DNA of 64,000 nt from the NCBI GenBank assembly GCA_964016885.1, contig OZ024740.1, forward strand, positions 143,406,001 to 143,470,000, read 5' to 3'. The notes under the pieces were generated by a model. It had not been told where the DNA came from. It made no database searches and saw nothing but the letters and a program-made list of their open reading frames with translations. How positions within the stretch are numbered: the first letter of the stretch is position 1; every line of letters starts with the position of its first letter. Source of the DNA: Eledone cirrhosa. Taxonomy: Eukaryota. Positions 1-12,265 of this stretch are shown one piece after another. The position numbers and the translations under genes are program-made.

Positions 1-329
1 GGTTTGACTAGAAAAGCTCAAACTCTACTCTCTCCAATGCTGTCATAGCACTACCTTACCTTCATGATGTGGAAAATATTCCATCATCATTGCCCAGATG
101 ATGTTGGCATCACCTTTAAAATTCACATAGGGCTATCTGCCACTACAAAAATCAAACTCGCATCACATAACAACATTATAGTAGAATTATTTCACCTCAA
201 CTTGTCCAGCTCTCTTATTTACTATATATATATACACACGTATATATATATATATATATATATATATCGCAAAGCCACTGCTTCGGCTACTACTCCTTCA
301 GTTTAGACCTGGCTGTTTTCTGGTATGCT

Positions 330-2365
330 AAATGGACTACAGAGTTGGAGAGTCTGAGCACTCAATGACAATGTCAAAGATAAAGATAAATTCACCTCCC
401 CCTGCCGGACGAGAATGCAAGGACTCCTCTTTATTTCAGACATGGAAGATCAACATAATTCCGTCACCACTCCCTGTGCCCCCAACCCATCCCTTCCACC
501 CACCAAGCAAAATCCAAAACTTCAGAGTTGGTACCATGAACATTGAAAGGTCGCTCAAATGAGGTTGTAGAGATGCTTGAACGTAAGGAAGTTGATGTTT
601 GTTGTATTCAAGAGACTAGGAGGAGGGGTCGGTCTGCCAGATTCATTGTGGGTAAAAAACAATGCTATAAACTTTTCTGGATGTGAAATGACAACGGGCT
701 GGGGGAAGTAGGAATTATGTTAGCAGAAAAATGGGTAGATAAGGTAATTGCCGTAAATAGAGTGAACGATAGAATAATTAAAATAAGACTAGTTCTAAAT
801 AGAACAACTGTGTTGATAATATCTGCTTATGCATCCCAATCTGGCCTACCTGATGTTATAAAAGACAGATTCTATGAGTCGCTAATGCTCACTACCTCCC
901 AAATAACCGACAGTGACTACATAATTATTGGTGGTGACCTTAATGGTCATGTTGGACAACATTGTGATGGCTATGACGGGATCCATGGAGGCTATGGGTT
1001 TGGTACTAGGAATGAAGAAGGCTTCAGAATCCTGGAATTCTGTGATGCTAATAACCTAACTATCTGTAACACAAACTTCAAAAACCGAGACAATCACTTG
1101 ATCACTTATAGATCAGGGGAACACACCAGTCAGATAGATTATATCCTTACTAGAAGACGTGACAGAGTGTCTGTTGTAAACACTAAGTCCCTCCCCTGTG
1201 AAGAATGCACCTCCCAACATAGCCTAGTAGTTAGTGATCTAATACTCAGGACTAGACGTACTCGATGACAGCGGAGGACTACCTTGAGGAGAAGAACATG
1301 GAAGCTGAAGGACCCTACAGCCAGTGACAAATTTAAAAGCTTATTACTTGATGATTTTGACAGTAAGGAAGAGCAATTAGAGACGTACAATATAGAAGTA
1401 CAGTAGGAATTCATGAAAGTTAACCTGCTGAAGGCGACAGACGAAATCTGTGGCTGGAGCAGACCTATAGGCAGGAGGAGAGTAACTTGGTGGTGGAACA
1501 GTAAAGTGGAGGAGACAATGAAGGCTAAAAAGCAGGCTTGGAAAGTATAGCAGGATGGGGGTAGTAGAGAACACTATCAAGTGTCCAGGAGAGAAGCTAG
1601 GAGACAAGTGTACCTTGCAAGAAGGGAAGCAGAGCATAGAACGTTCAAGCATGTTCTACAAAACGAGGACCAAAAACATGAGGTGTTCAGGATTGCAAGA
1701 CAATGTGTCAAGGAAAACCGTGATATTATCGGGGAGAAGTGTGTCTGTAATGATGATGGTGTACTTGCCCTCACTGATACTGATAAGAAGGTAGCTTGGA
1801 AGTGTCACTACGGGAGACTACTAAATGAGGAGAATAAGTGGGAAAAAGATAGTCTGCCCCAAATCGATCCAATAGAGGGACCAGCGATGCAAGTTAAAGG
1901 TTGTATAATAAGTAAGGCAATCAAAGATATGAAGACAGGCAAGGTGGCTGGGCCTTCGGAGATAGTTGTTGAGATGTTGAAAGCATTTGGAATGATGGGA
2001 CATACTATGGCCACCCGGATAATAAACCAAGTAATACAGAATGGGGTCATATAAAAAGTCTGGCGTAGCAGCATCATCGTTAACTGCTACAAGAGTAAAG
2101 GAGATGATCTAGATAGGGGAAACTATAGAGGCCCCTCCAAACCAAACATACACCCCAACCCACTCCCACCAACACTAACCTTTCTCTATAAAGTTATGTT
2201 GGTACCACAACATCCAGTCCAAACTAATGAGATCGTGTAGGTGTCACGACAAAAAAGCTCCCAGTCCACTCTGTAAATGCGGTTGGTGTTAGGAAGGGCA
2301 TCCAGTCGTAGAAAACCTGCCAGATAGTCCTATACAAGCGAGACATGTTCACCCGACCAATCTTG
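330..2365 (+). mobile_element. Decayed, internally deleted RTE-clade LINE (family A)
   Basis: APE endonuclease motifs (GDLNGHVG, QIDYIL) with stops and frameshifts. It jumps from NYRG (about 2131) to the 3'UTR, losing the RT core. Confidence 0.9.
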
Positions 2366-2850
2366 CTGGACACCACCAGAGGGTGTTAGACGCTGGTGTT
2401 TGCATAGTTACGGCTTCCTAAATGTTTCCTGTAAACATACCGTGTTTCTTTAGAAATACGAAATTTCTATAAATATTTGCATAAAGTTGTACTTGAAGCA
2501 AAATCCTATTTCTATTCTAGTTGAGCCAACTTATGCAGCTTCATATACAAATGAGATTAATCACCTCATTTACACAGATGAGAAAACTATATATTCTCGA
2601 CTGTTCTCAAGTCCAGCAGTTGCAAGCGGTGGGAGGGACCATCCTGACGAAGGCCAGTCAAGCCTGAAATGCATAGACGGTTGTCCTCCTTGCTTCTGCT
2701 GGACACCACCAGAGGGCGTTAGCATCCAGTGTTTGCATAGCTATGGCTTCCTAAATGTTTCCTGTAAACATGCCGTGTTTCTTTATAAATATAAAATTTC
2801 TATACATATTTGTATAAAGCTATGCTTGAAGCAAAATCCTATTTCTATAT
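2365..2850 (+). mobile_element. Penelope-like pseudo-LTR remnant
   Basis: Partial tandem repeat (about 2365-2515 vs 2697-2848) containing a hammerhead motif. Confidence 0.55.
2632..2689 (+). ncRNA. Type I minimal hammerhead ribozyme motif
   Basis: CTGACGA, then stem II AGGC/GCCT, then GAAA-TGCA-TA. Stem I is GGAGGGACCATC / GACGGTTGTCCTCC. Confidence 0.7.
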
Positions 2851-2940
2851 ATATATATATACATAGATATAGATATCGATATATATAATAGTATAATTAT
2901 TATAAAGAATGAGGAATCACAATTTATTAACATATTACAT

Positions 2941-3239
2941 GGCGGCACATGGCTTAGTGGTTAGAGAATTGGCTTTGCAATCGAAAGGTTGTGAGTTCAA
3001 TTCTCAGACCGGGTGATGTGTTGTTTCCTTGAGCAAGACACTTTATTTCACATTGCTCCAGTTTACTCACTGCAAAAGTGGTTGTGGAGGTGCCACGGCA
3101 AAAAAGCACCCAGCACTCACTGCAAATGAGGTTGGTGTTAGGAAGGGCATCCAGCTGTAGAAATCAAGCCAGAATCAGTTCCCGTCCCACCCTTGCAAGC
3201 AGGGAAAAGTGGACGTAAAATGATGATGATGATGATGAT
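2941..3239 (+). mobile_element. tRNA-derived SINE (family 1) with RTE-type tail
   Basis: A-box TGGCTTAGTGG, B-box GAGTTCAATTC, central CCTTGAGCAAGACACTT motif, (ATG)n tail and ATTACAT TSD. Confidence 0.85.
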
Positions 3240-3314
3240 TACATATGTTTCTCCATCGATCAGCTCGAGACAAGATCTGTTATAGATCGAACCCGACTCT
3301 GCATTCGAAGGGTC

Positions 3315-3369
3315 TATATATATATATATGAGTGTGTGTCTATGTATATATATATATATATATATACAC

Positions 3370-3402
<33 letters not shown>

Positions 3403-3473
3403 TACACATATATATATATAAATATATATGTATATATATATACACACATATATATATGTATATATATATAAAA

Positions 3474-3532
<59 letters not shown>

Positions 3533-3615
3533 TATATGTATATATATATACACACATATATATATGTATATATATAAAAAATATATAAAAATATATATAT
3601 ATATATATATATATA
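3315..3615. repeat. (TA)n-rich microsatellite
   Basis: Directly visible; source of the spurious YI-repeat ORFs. Confidence 0.95.
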
Positions 3616-3857
3616 GTAATAATAATAAATTTGAAGACTAAAATCCAAAGAGGGCTCGATAAGAATAAATATATATCAAATATATAAGAACCGTAGAGCA
3701 AATATTTATTAAAATAACAGATTAAAGTTTAAGCAAAGAATCGCTGCTTTCACCCTTAACGGGATCTTCTGAAACTAAAAAAATCAATCTGTGAACGCAG
3801 AAGTAAATATTTCGAAAAACGTTGCAACCGAAAGAAGACAGGAAGACGATACTTTGA

Positions 3858-4033
3858 TTCGTGGAAACGTTCCCTGCCAAAGAACGTAAAAAAACGAAGA
3901 TAATTCGTCCTAATTTGGAGCGGTGAAAACAATTACGTGGTATTGTTTTTGCGTGTAATTGTTTTCAAAGCTCCAAATAATGACGTATTATCTTCGTTTT
4001 TTTACGTTCTTTGCCAGGGAACGTTTCCACGAA
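3858..4033. repeat. Inverted repeat, arms about 64 bp
   Basis: ttcgtggaaacgttccctgcc...ttggagc and its near reverse complement gctccaa...aacgtttccacgaa. Confidence 0.8.
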
Positions 4034-4044
4034 CCAAAGAATTG

Positions 4045-4642
4045 ACGATGGTTGCTGGACACTACGGCTTAATACGGGATGTTTGTTTACAAACACACCG
4101 AGCATTATAATAAATGTTCGGTGAATCCATACGTACATATATATATGTGTGCATGTATGTATATATATATACATACTACTGTACGTCTGTATACATATAT
4201 GTATGTACGTGTACATACTTATATTTAAGTAACAGCCGTACTAAGAGTGGGAAATGAGATTTCGTTTCATTTTTCCCGTTTATCGTTTTCGGTGCACCCG
4301 GCCGATTAACCCACTCGATATGCAAATTGGGCTACTCAGCCGTTAATATGCATAAGGTAAGTATATACGTTCAGCAATCTGGCAGGAAGGTATACGTTGC
4401 TGACGATAGCTAATAAGCTTGAAACTAGTACAGCGTTCCTTTGTCAGTGTTGAACAAACGAGCAACGATGGTTGCTGGACACTACGGCTTAATACGGGAT
4501 GTTTGTTTACAAACACACCGAGCATTATAATAAATGTTCGGTGAATCCATATGTACATATTTATATGTGTGCATGTATGTATATATATATACATACTACT
4601 GTACGTCTGTATACATATATGTATGTACGTGTACATACTTAT
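4045..4642. repeat. Direct repeat, about 180 bp (4045-4222 / 4465-4642)
   Basis: Near-identical acgatggttgctggac...gtacatactt copies flank a CpG-rich unique segment. Confidence 0.85.
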
Positions 4643-5550
4643 ACATATTTGTTATGTTATACTGTAACTCTTTGCTCTAAAGATGGCGTCAGACTCTCTA
4701 CCGATACTGCCATTCCACCACCACAGTTTATATTTGTTATTTAAGCATTTGTAAAGTTATTTGTGTATATATTTAAAACATATTTGCTATGTTATTCTAT
4801 CGTAAATTTATTTATATGCTTTGTATATATTATGTGTTTATATTTTCATTTTAATGTTATTTATACAATTGTGAAGAAATATTACACCAAAAAGTGAAAA
4901 TAGGAAAGTTAGGCGCAAGTAGTATCTCCTGCTGCGAAAACAATTCATAGTGCATCAGATTTAAATTCCAAGCAGTCAGGAGAACGGTTGTCTCTAACCG
5001 GAGATTGTAAGACGGGTGTCGGCGAAAGTCTCAATGAGGAAGCCGACATCCTGAGGACCAGAATTCTGTCTGCAAAAACAACCACACGTATTGGATATTG
5101 GAACATAAGAACTATGTACCAACCATCCAAACTTGCACAAGTTATCGGAGAAATAGAGGCCTACACAATTAACATCCTGGGCCTCAGCGAGGTCCGCTGG
5201 ACTGACTCTGGGAAGTTTGTCCATGAAAACAAGACCATCCTGTTCTCAGGCCGTCAGAACGGGACCCACCGAGATGGAGTTGCAATCATCATGGACAGGG
5301 CTGCCAGCGGTGCCCTTGAGGAGTGAACTCCTATCAACGAACGCCTAATGACAGCAAGATTCACCACATCACATGCAAAGGTCACCATAGCTCAGTGCTA
5401 TGCTCCAACCAACGAACATAACGATGATGACAAGGACGCTTTCTACCAGCAACTACAAGATGTTGTAAACAAAACCCCACGTCATGACATCCTGATCATC
5501 ATGGGAGACATGAACGCACAGATCGGGGGAAGCAGGGTTGGCTTTGAACA

Positions 5551-6777
5551 TATAGCGAGATTACTGGTTGCATGAATGTAACAAAACGAGACAATGTTTG
5601 TGTATATAATATTTAATTAACGGTAGATAGAATACTTGACATGTCAAAGATAGATGTTAGAATGAAACAAAGTTAGTAGTTACCGTTTTGATTGCCAGGC
5701 AAACGCGGCTGGCAGAGGGCGCCTGGCCTTAGCCAGGCGCCTGTTGGCCATGTTGGCCAAATTAATGGCAGAGCCAAATGAGAAGACTCTTGACCTGGTG
5801 CCGAAAAGGCAAAGAGAGAAAGGAAGCTCAAAGCCGCCAGTTTTATAGGGCTCTGACCGGAAGTCGCAGAAAGGGCTCCACCTCCCGTCCAGATCCCAAC
5901 CAAAACAAGGGAGGCAACCGCTACATAACCTCCCGCCAGAATTTTAGTGTATAAAAATCGAAATGAAAATATGTAGCAAGTTGGCGAGAATGTTGTAACA
6001 GGCATGAAAATTACGACAAAAGAATGTTTGGAAAAATCAATGCTAGATATCAAGGTAGTAAAGTAAGGGAAGGGCTCAAAGTTCAAAATATAGTTCACAG
6101 GTGTGCAATCACATGACAGCAGGAAAGAAAGTGTGTTCCAGAGAATGAATGCAGGTGGTTTCTGTTCTGTGGTACATCGTGAAATTTCCAACCTCCGAAT
6201 GGATTTTCTCACAGGAAGAGTGCTGCAAAAATAAATTCTCTGGCTTTGGTGAAGCTGTGTTGATGTATTGCTGTTGCTGTTATATTGCTGTTGCTGCTGC
6301 TGTTGTCTCGCTGAGTGAGCGTATTCGGTGTTTAAATTCACAGTAAAAAAATTTTTTTTTAGAAAAAAAATGAGTTGCGCAAAGTGCTAGAAATAGCAGC
6401 CGAAGTTGATGGTCGATGTTGAGAATGCGTTGACCTGGAAGGGTCAAGAGGCCAGCGACCAGAGAAATAAGCATTCTTAATAAATGCGCGGTTATCAACG
6501 GTAAATTTACATTGTAAATTTATAAACCGGCAAATAGAAGAATATAGCTTAAGGCTGAAGAATCCCTGGTGATAAATGGGGTGCGGCTGTCTGAGTAGAG
6601 ACATCTCAGTGAATCGAGAATTTATGCTGCCTACACGTGCCAATACAAGGTTGAAAAAAAATATTTCTAACGCGCGATAAAATGATAGTGCAATTTTGAA
6701 AGTGACCATGATGAAAAAGAAAGGCTTCCATCAGCATAATTATAGGTGTGAACTTTGGAAAAAAAACAAAAAACTAG

Positions 6778-6808
<31 letters not shown>

Positions 6809-7531
6809 GTGTTTTGAAAGAGTTCGTTGTAAGAAACGAGAAACATATATATATATATATCGTGAAATGTTTTTTTTTTTTTTTTGTTTTGTAAGTGTTC
6901 GTTGTAAGAAACGAGAAACATATATATATTGGTGAAATGCGACAGTTAATTGATGCGTGAGAGAAAAAGTATGTCTGTGCGAATTCCACATGTGCGTGTG
7001 TGCGTGTCCTTGAGTATTTTCATAGTTTGTCGCTAAATTTGCTGTGTATTCGTAATGTTACTCACAAAACCAGATGTGCTATTTTTTTCTTTTTTTGGGG
7101 GGTGACCACTTATAGCGATGAACGGCTGCGTGTTCGTATCACGTCAGGGTTACCAATATGGCGAGATTACTGGTTGTTTGAATGTAACAAAACGAGACAA
7201 TGTTTGTGTATATAATATTTAATTAACGGTAGATAGAATACTTGACATGTCAAAGATAGATGTTAGAATGAAACAAAGTTAGTAGTTACCGTTTTGATTG
7301 CCAGGCAAACGCGGCTGGCAGAGGGCGCCTGGCCTTAGCCAGGCGCCTGTTGGCCATGTTGGCCAAATTAATGGCAGAGCCAAATGAGAAGACTCTTGAC
7401 CTGGTGCCGAAAAGGCAAAGAGAGAAAGGAAGCTCAAAGCCGCCAGTTTTATAGGGCTCTGACCGGAAGTCGCAGAAAGGGCTCCACCTCCCGTCCAGAT
7501 CCCAACCAAAACAAGGGAGGCAACCGCTACA
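5551..7531 (-). mobile_element. Non-autonomous LTR retroelement (375-bp LTRs at 5551-5925 and 7157-7531; 4-bp TSD AACA)
   Basis: LTRs differ at only about 3 positions. Minus-strand start TGTAGCG, PBS next to the 5' LTR, purine tract GGCGGGAGG before the 3' LTR, no pol. Confidence 0.9.
7124..7155 (-). promoter_or_regulatory. tRNA-Trp primer-binding site (extended, 32 nt)
   Basis: The + strand reads GGCTGCGTGTTCGTATCACGTCAGGGTTACCA, matching the metazoan tRNA-Trp 3' end including CCA (recalled consensus). Confidence 0.8.
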
Positions 7532-10214
7532 AACATGTCCTTGGCCCCCATGCTTATGGAAACCGCACGGACAACGGGGACAGGTTTGTCCAGTTCTGTG
7601 CCATGAACAATATGAAAATCGGCTCGTCACTATTTGACCACAAGAACACCCACAGGTCACATGGGCTTCGAACGACCACAGGACCAAGACGCAAATAGAC
7701 CACATTGCGATTGGCCCAAGTTGGAGAGCTCCTTGCCTGCAGGACGTCCGAGTCTACCGGGGCGCAGATGTCTGCAGTGACCACTATCTGTCTGTTACCA
7801 AACTTAAAATCAGACTGAGGAAGCAGAAAAAGAGAGCACTCACTACAAGGCGTTTTGACACTACCAAGCTGAAGAACGGTGACACAGAGGCACAGTTCGA
7901 GGCTGCTTTGAGGAACAGATTTGCTGTCCTTGAGGAGTCTGCACCAGGATCGGTCAATTGGTGGGAGGAAATGAAGAAGACCATGGAAGCTGCAGGGGAA
8001 GAAATCCTGGGCTACAGGAAGTCCCTCAGAGAAGCTTGGGTCAGCGACAACACCTGGCAGCTGATTAATGAAAGGAAAACCCTACATCAGCAGAGGCATG
8101 CCACTACCCCAGAGGCCATCAAGGTATATCAGCAGTATGTTGACAAGGACAAGGAGGTGAAACGCAGCGCACAAAAGGACAAACGCATGTGGATTGAGGG
8201 TAAGGCGGGGGAGGCGGAAGCAGCTGCGGCACGCAATGACATGCGCTCTGTGTACCAAATTGCCAAGAAAATCACCGGCAGCTCTAGAGCTAACTCAGGC
8301 CCGGTGAAAGCGAAAGATGGTACGCTGCTTTCCAAGGGTGAAGAAAAGTTAGACAGATGGGCTGAACATTTCAAGGAAGTCCTCAACCGACCGGAGCCAC
8401 GTGTGCCAGCAGACACTAAGGAACCTACTAGTTTGTTGCCTATCAATACTGATGACTTCACCGAGAAGGAAGTCCGCATGGCCATAAAAACCCTTAAGAA
8501 TAACAAGTCACCAGGTATGGATGGCATTTCTGCTGAAATGCTGAAGTCAGGAGGCGAAAGCATGGTCAAGTGGATGGGCCACTTATGTAATCTTGTGTGG
8601 AACACGGGTGAAGTCCCAGCAGATTGGAGAAACGGAGCGGTTGTCTGTATCCCCAAGAAGGGCAACCTTGCCGATTGTGACAACTGGAGGGGAGTGACAC
8701 TTCTCTCCATACCAGGGAAGGTCTATTGTCTGATGATCCTGAACCGCATACGTGGCATGGTAGACCGGGAACTGCGAGAACAACAGGAAGGGTTCCGACC
8801 AAAACGTTCCTGTGCAGAGCAGATCTTTACCTTACGCCGCATCATTGAGAGGTACAACGAATTCCAGAGGCCCCTCGCCGTCAGCTTCATCGATTTCTCC
8901 AAAGCATTCGATAGCTCTCATCGGCCGTCACTCTGGAGCACCATGCATGAGTATGGTCTGCTCCAGAAAGTCATTTCGGCAATCAAACAGATTTACGCAG
9001 ACTCCAAGTGCTGCATACGGACAGAGGATGGTTACAGTGACTGGTTTGAGGTGGTTACTGGTGTGCGTCAGGGTTGCTCGCTCTCTCCAATTCTCTTTGC
9101 CATAGCCATTGACTGGGTACTAAGAAGAGCGTCTAAAGACCAGGGTATATCTTGGGTGGGAGAGCAAAAGTTGTCTGACCTGGACTTTGCGGACGATATT
9201 GTTGGACTTGCAGAGAGCACAGCTGACCTGCAAATCATTATGAACAATATCAATGTCGAAGCAGGAAGCTTAGGTCTCAATATCAGTGCTAAGAAGACCA
9301 AAAGCATGTTATCTGGGACACACCCATCACCAACTGGTGTTTTCATTGAACAGGGGGGGGGGGGGAGATAGTGGACAACTTCACCTACCTAGGAAGCTCC
9401 ATTGACAATGGGGGCGCCATGGACAGTGAATTGCAGTGTAGAATGGGAAAGGCTTCAGCAGCATTTAACCAGCTTGTCAAGATCTGGAAGAGCAGGAAGT
9501 TCACCCTCAAAACAAAGATGAGATTCTACAACAGCAACGTGCTGTCCACACTCTTGTACGGAAGTGAAACATGGCACCTTAAGACCAGCCAAGAGAAGAA
9601 GTTGGACGCATTCGATTCCAGGTGTCTGCAAAAGATCCTGGGGATTAAATGGAGTGACCATGTAACAAACCAGGAAGTCAGGAACCGCACCAACCAGCAG
9701 CTGGTCTCTTCTGCCATCTGCAAGCGACGCCTGGGCTGGTTTGGACACGCTTTGAGACTTCCCCCGGAGAGACTGGCGAACCAAGTACTTAAATGGAACC
9801 CACAGGGAAGCAGACGGAGAGGGCGACCCAAAATGAACTGGCGCCAGACAGTTGAAAGGGACCTGCGAGCGACAAACAGACAATGGCGGGACGCTGTGCA
9901 ACTGGCTGCTGACCGAACGCGGTGGAACACTATGATTGCCTCATGTGTCGCAAGACGCGGGAGCTTCTGAGTCAGAGTCTGAGAGAGAGAGAGAGAGGGG
10001 GATGATTGCGACGCAAACGAGTAAGTAATCCAATTCGTTTAACTCTTTTGGCTATATAAAACTAAATATATACATACGTAAACATGTCTTATGTCCGTAT
10101 TTCTTGCAGTAATGTTGACTTTCGTGCCTCTTGTAACAAGTGAACGGTTTACTTGTGTTGAATCGTATTTTCTTTCGTTTTCTTTTTATATTTTTATATC
10201 CTGGATATATTTTT

Positions 10215-10500
10215 TATCCTGGATGCTGCGATTAGGACGAGAGCCATAGCTTCCGCAGCAGAGCGGAGTAAGACCCTCAAATACTCTGATCTGTCGGTCA
10301 GCTACATTTTTCAGCCTGTGGCTTTCGAGACGTTTGGGGGGAGTCGGACCCCTGACTGCGAGGTTCCTCTCTTCACTGGCGGCTCGCCTAATAGAGGTAA
10401 CTGGCGAATCTCGCGAGGGCGCTTGACTGTTCCAGCGCATTAGCCTCGCCATCATCCAAGGCAACACTGCGAGTGTGCTGACTTGCCTCAAAAAGTCATT
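10215..10500 (+). mobile_element. CRE-clade LINE 3' (restriction-like endonuclease) fragment; duplicate at about 57945-58230
   Basis: + frame reads AAERSKTLKYSDL..FQPVAFETFGG..LFQRISLAIIQGNTASVL. Confidence 0.75.
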
Positions 10501-11590
10501 AGAGAGGTTGCCCAGTACTCCTCGCGACGCTGCTGTCTTTTGCTCTGGTGTTGGCTCGGTTGTTCACCCCTTTCTTTACATTTTCTTTAATATTGCAACA
10601 TTAAAGGAATATATCCTTCTGAAAGAATCGCGAGCAATTTATAATGTTATCTAAGCATTTGTAATGTTATTATACTGTAAATTTAATTATATGCGCTGTT
10701 TATATCATATGTGTTCGTATGTTCACTCCATATGTCTAAACCGTGTATAATAACACAATAATATAAACTCATTGAACAAAAATAAAGGAAAGAAAAGGAA
10801 GGAAAAAAAGGGGGGGGGGGGTTCACCACCAAGTGTGATATTCGGCCAGACCTCACACTATATCAATCATGTAATTTTATTTTGTATATAAATATCATTA
10901 CAAATAATTAAAAAAGAGAAAGAAAGGGGAAAGTAAAAAAGAAAGAAAAAACACACATACATCTAGGACCACATACAACCAAAGGCAGGCGAACGAGGTG
11001 GACACGAAGAAGATTCAACACAATAAAATAAGGGCAACTAGTTATATTTATGGATTATACCTCTATTTCAAAGAATTAGAAGCCACGGGTAGAATTAATT
11101 TTTGAAGCAAGCCAACACTCTATTCGTGCTGCCTTCTAGCTTATTCTAAAGTCTATAGAAAACGTTTGCTGGTGTTGGTTTAAACAGAGCTCCTCGCTCC
11201 AAAAACTGTTTAAACCAAAACAAAAATCGAATAGATATTTCTGACGCTGTTTTATATGAATGCCCTCATTTATTATAATTCTTTAATGTAATTACAATTC
11301 AAGAACATGTTTGATGACCCTGTGATAAACAAGTGAAACTCAGAGTAACAAGACTCCCTATTTAGCCCTAATAAAATTAACATTATAACTCTACTTCGGC
11401 ATTGAGTACTCCTTTCTCTTAGTCGTCAACCACATAGGGATATATATATCCCTATGTCACACGAAGTCGTCTTCCTCACTGATTAACTTTTAAGTTAACA
11501 CTCTAATCGGTTGGGTTCGAATTTTAATAATTCCACAACTATATATCTATGTATAAATAAATAAATAATTATTTATTTATTTATTTATTA

Positions 11591-12265
11591 TCTATGTATA
11601 TATATAAAGTTGTAGTTCCTGTTTGTTTGTTTGTTCACGAACTCCTCATATGGTTTTCGAGATAGACCCCCTTAACCATATATATTCTGAAACTACATTG
11701 CCCAGGGTACTTGGATAAGTACATTTTAATCAACCCTCGTTGAAATTTTTTTCCTTTCGATTTATATGAGATTTAAACCATAGGTAAATGACAGGATAAG
11801 ATGCCTATTCACAAAAGTTTTGAATTGATATTTTGAAAAAAATTATTTACAAGAAAGAAAATAAGAATAAGATTTAATAATGTAATTTTGATTTGATATA
11901 TTACAAAAAATAATTGTTTCTACTTTTGGCACAAAGCCAACAATTATTCCAGTGCATTACTGGTACTTTATTTTATCAACCCCGTAAGGATGAAAGGCAA
12001 AGTTAACCTGGCCGGGATTTGAACTCAGAATGGCAAGGGCCGTAACTCTGCGTCAAAGCATGGCGTCCGACCCTCTACCGATACTGCCAATCCGATATTA
12101 CAAAAAATAATGTTTTCCAATTTTTCATGCATTACATTTTACATTGAGTAATATTGAAATGCAGAGTTTTTCTCCATAAAATTATATCACTGATTTAAAA
12201 TCAATCATCATTTTCTTACAAAAAAAAATGTGTGAAACGCAGCAAGGCGCGGGTAATTCGGCTAG
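11591..12265 (+). mobile_element. Non-autonomous Helitron-like element
   Basis: 5' TC, (GTTT)n near the 5' end, subterminal GC hairpin cgcagcaaggcgcggg, 3' CTAG, and an A^T insertion site. Confidence 0.7.
11911..12094 (-). mobile_element. SINE family 2, nested in the Helitron
   Basis: B-box GAGTTCAAATCC and GCCTTTCATCCTTACGGGG motif on the minus strand; 17-bp TSD ATATTACAAAAAATAAT. Confidence 0.8.

Larger units (their letters stand above)
4926..9999 (+). mobile_element. Near full-length RTE-clade LINE (family B), interrupted by an LTR element
   Basis: APE domain (WNIRT, GDMN, IDHI), RT domain (GVRQGC, FADD), few disabling changes and a (GA)n tail. The frame GFEH|VLGP resumes after the insertion. 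Confidence 0.92.

Noticed and set aside
2941-3012. tRNA gene
   Set aside because: tRNA-like head of a SINE: no proper acceptor stem, followed by SINE body, tail and TSD.
3138-3701. YI/IY-repeat ORFs (also about 17080-17530)
   Set aside because: Translations of (TA)n/(CA)n microsatellites.
5673-6341. 222-aa minus-strand ORF with polyQ and a hydrophobic segment
   Set aside because: Runs from the LTR element's internal region into the LTR; no recognisable domain; not supportable as env or a host gene.
8129-9930. Long antisense ORFs over LINEs (also 35744-36340 and 49054-49554)
   Set aside because: Shadow frames of LINE coding sequence.
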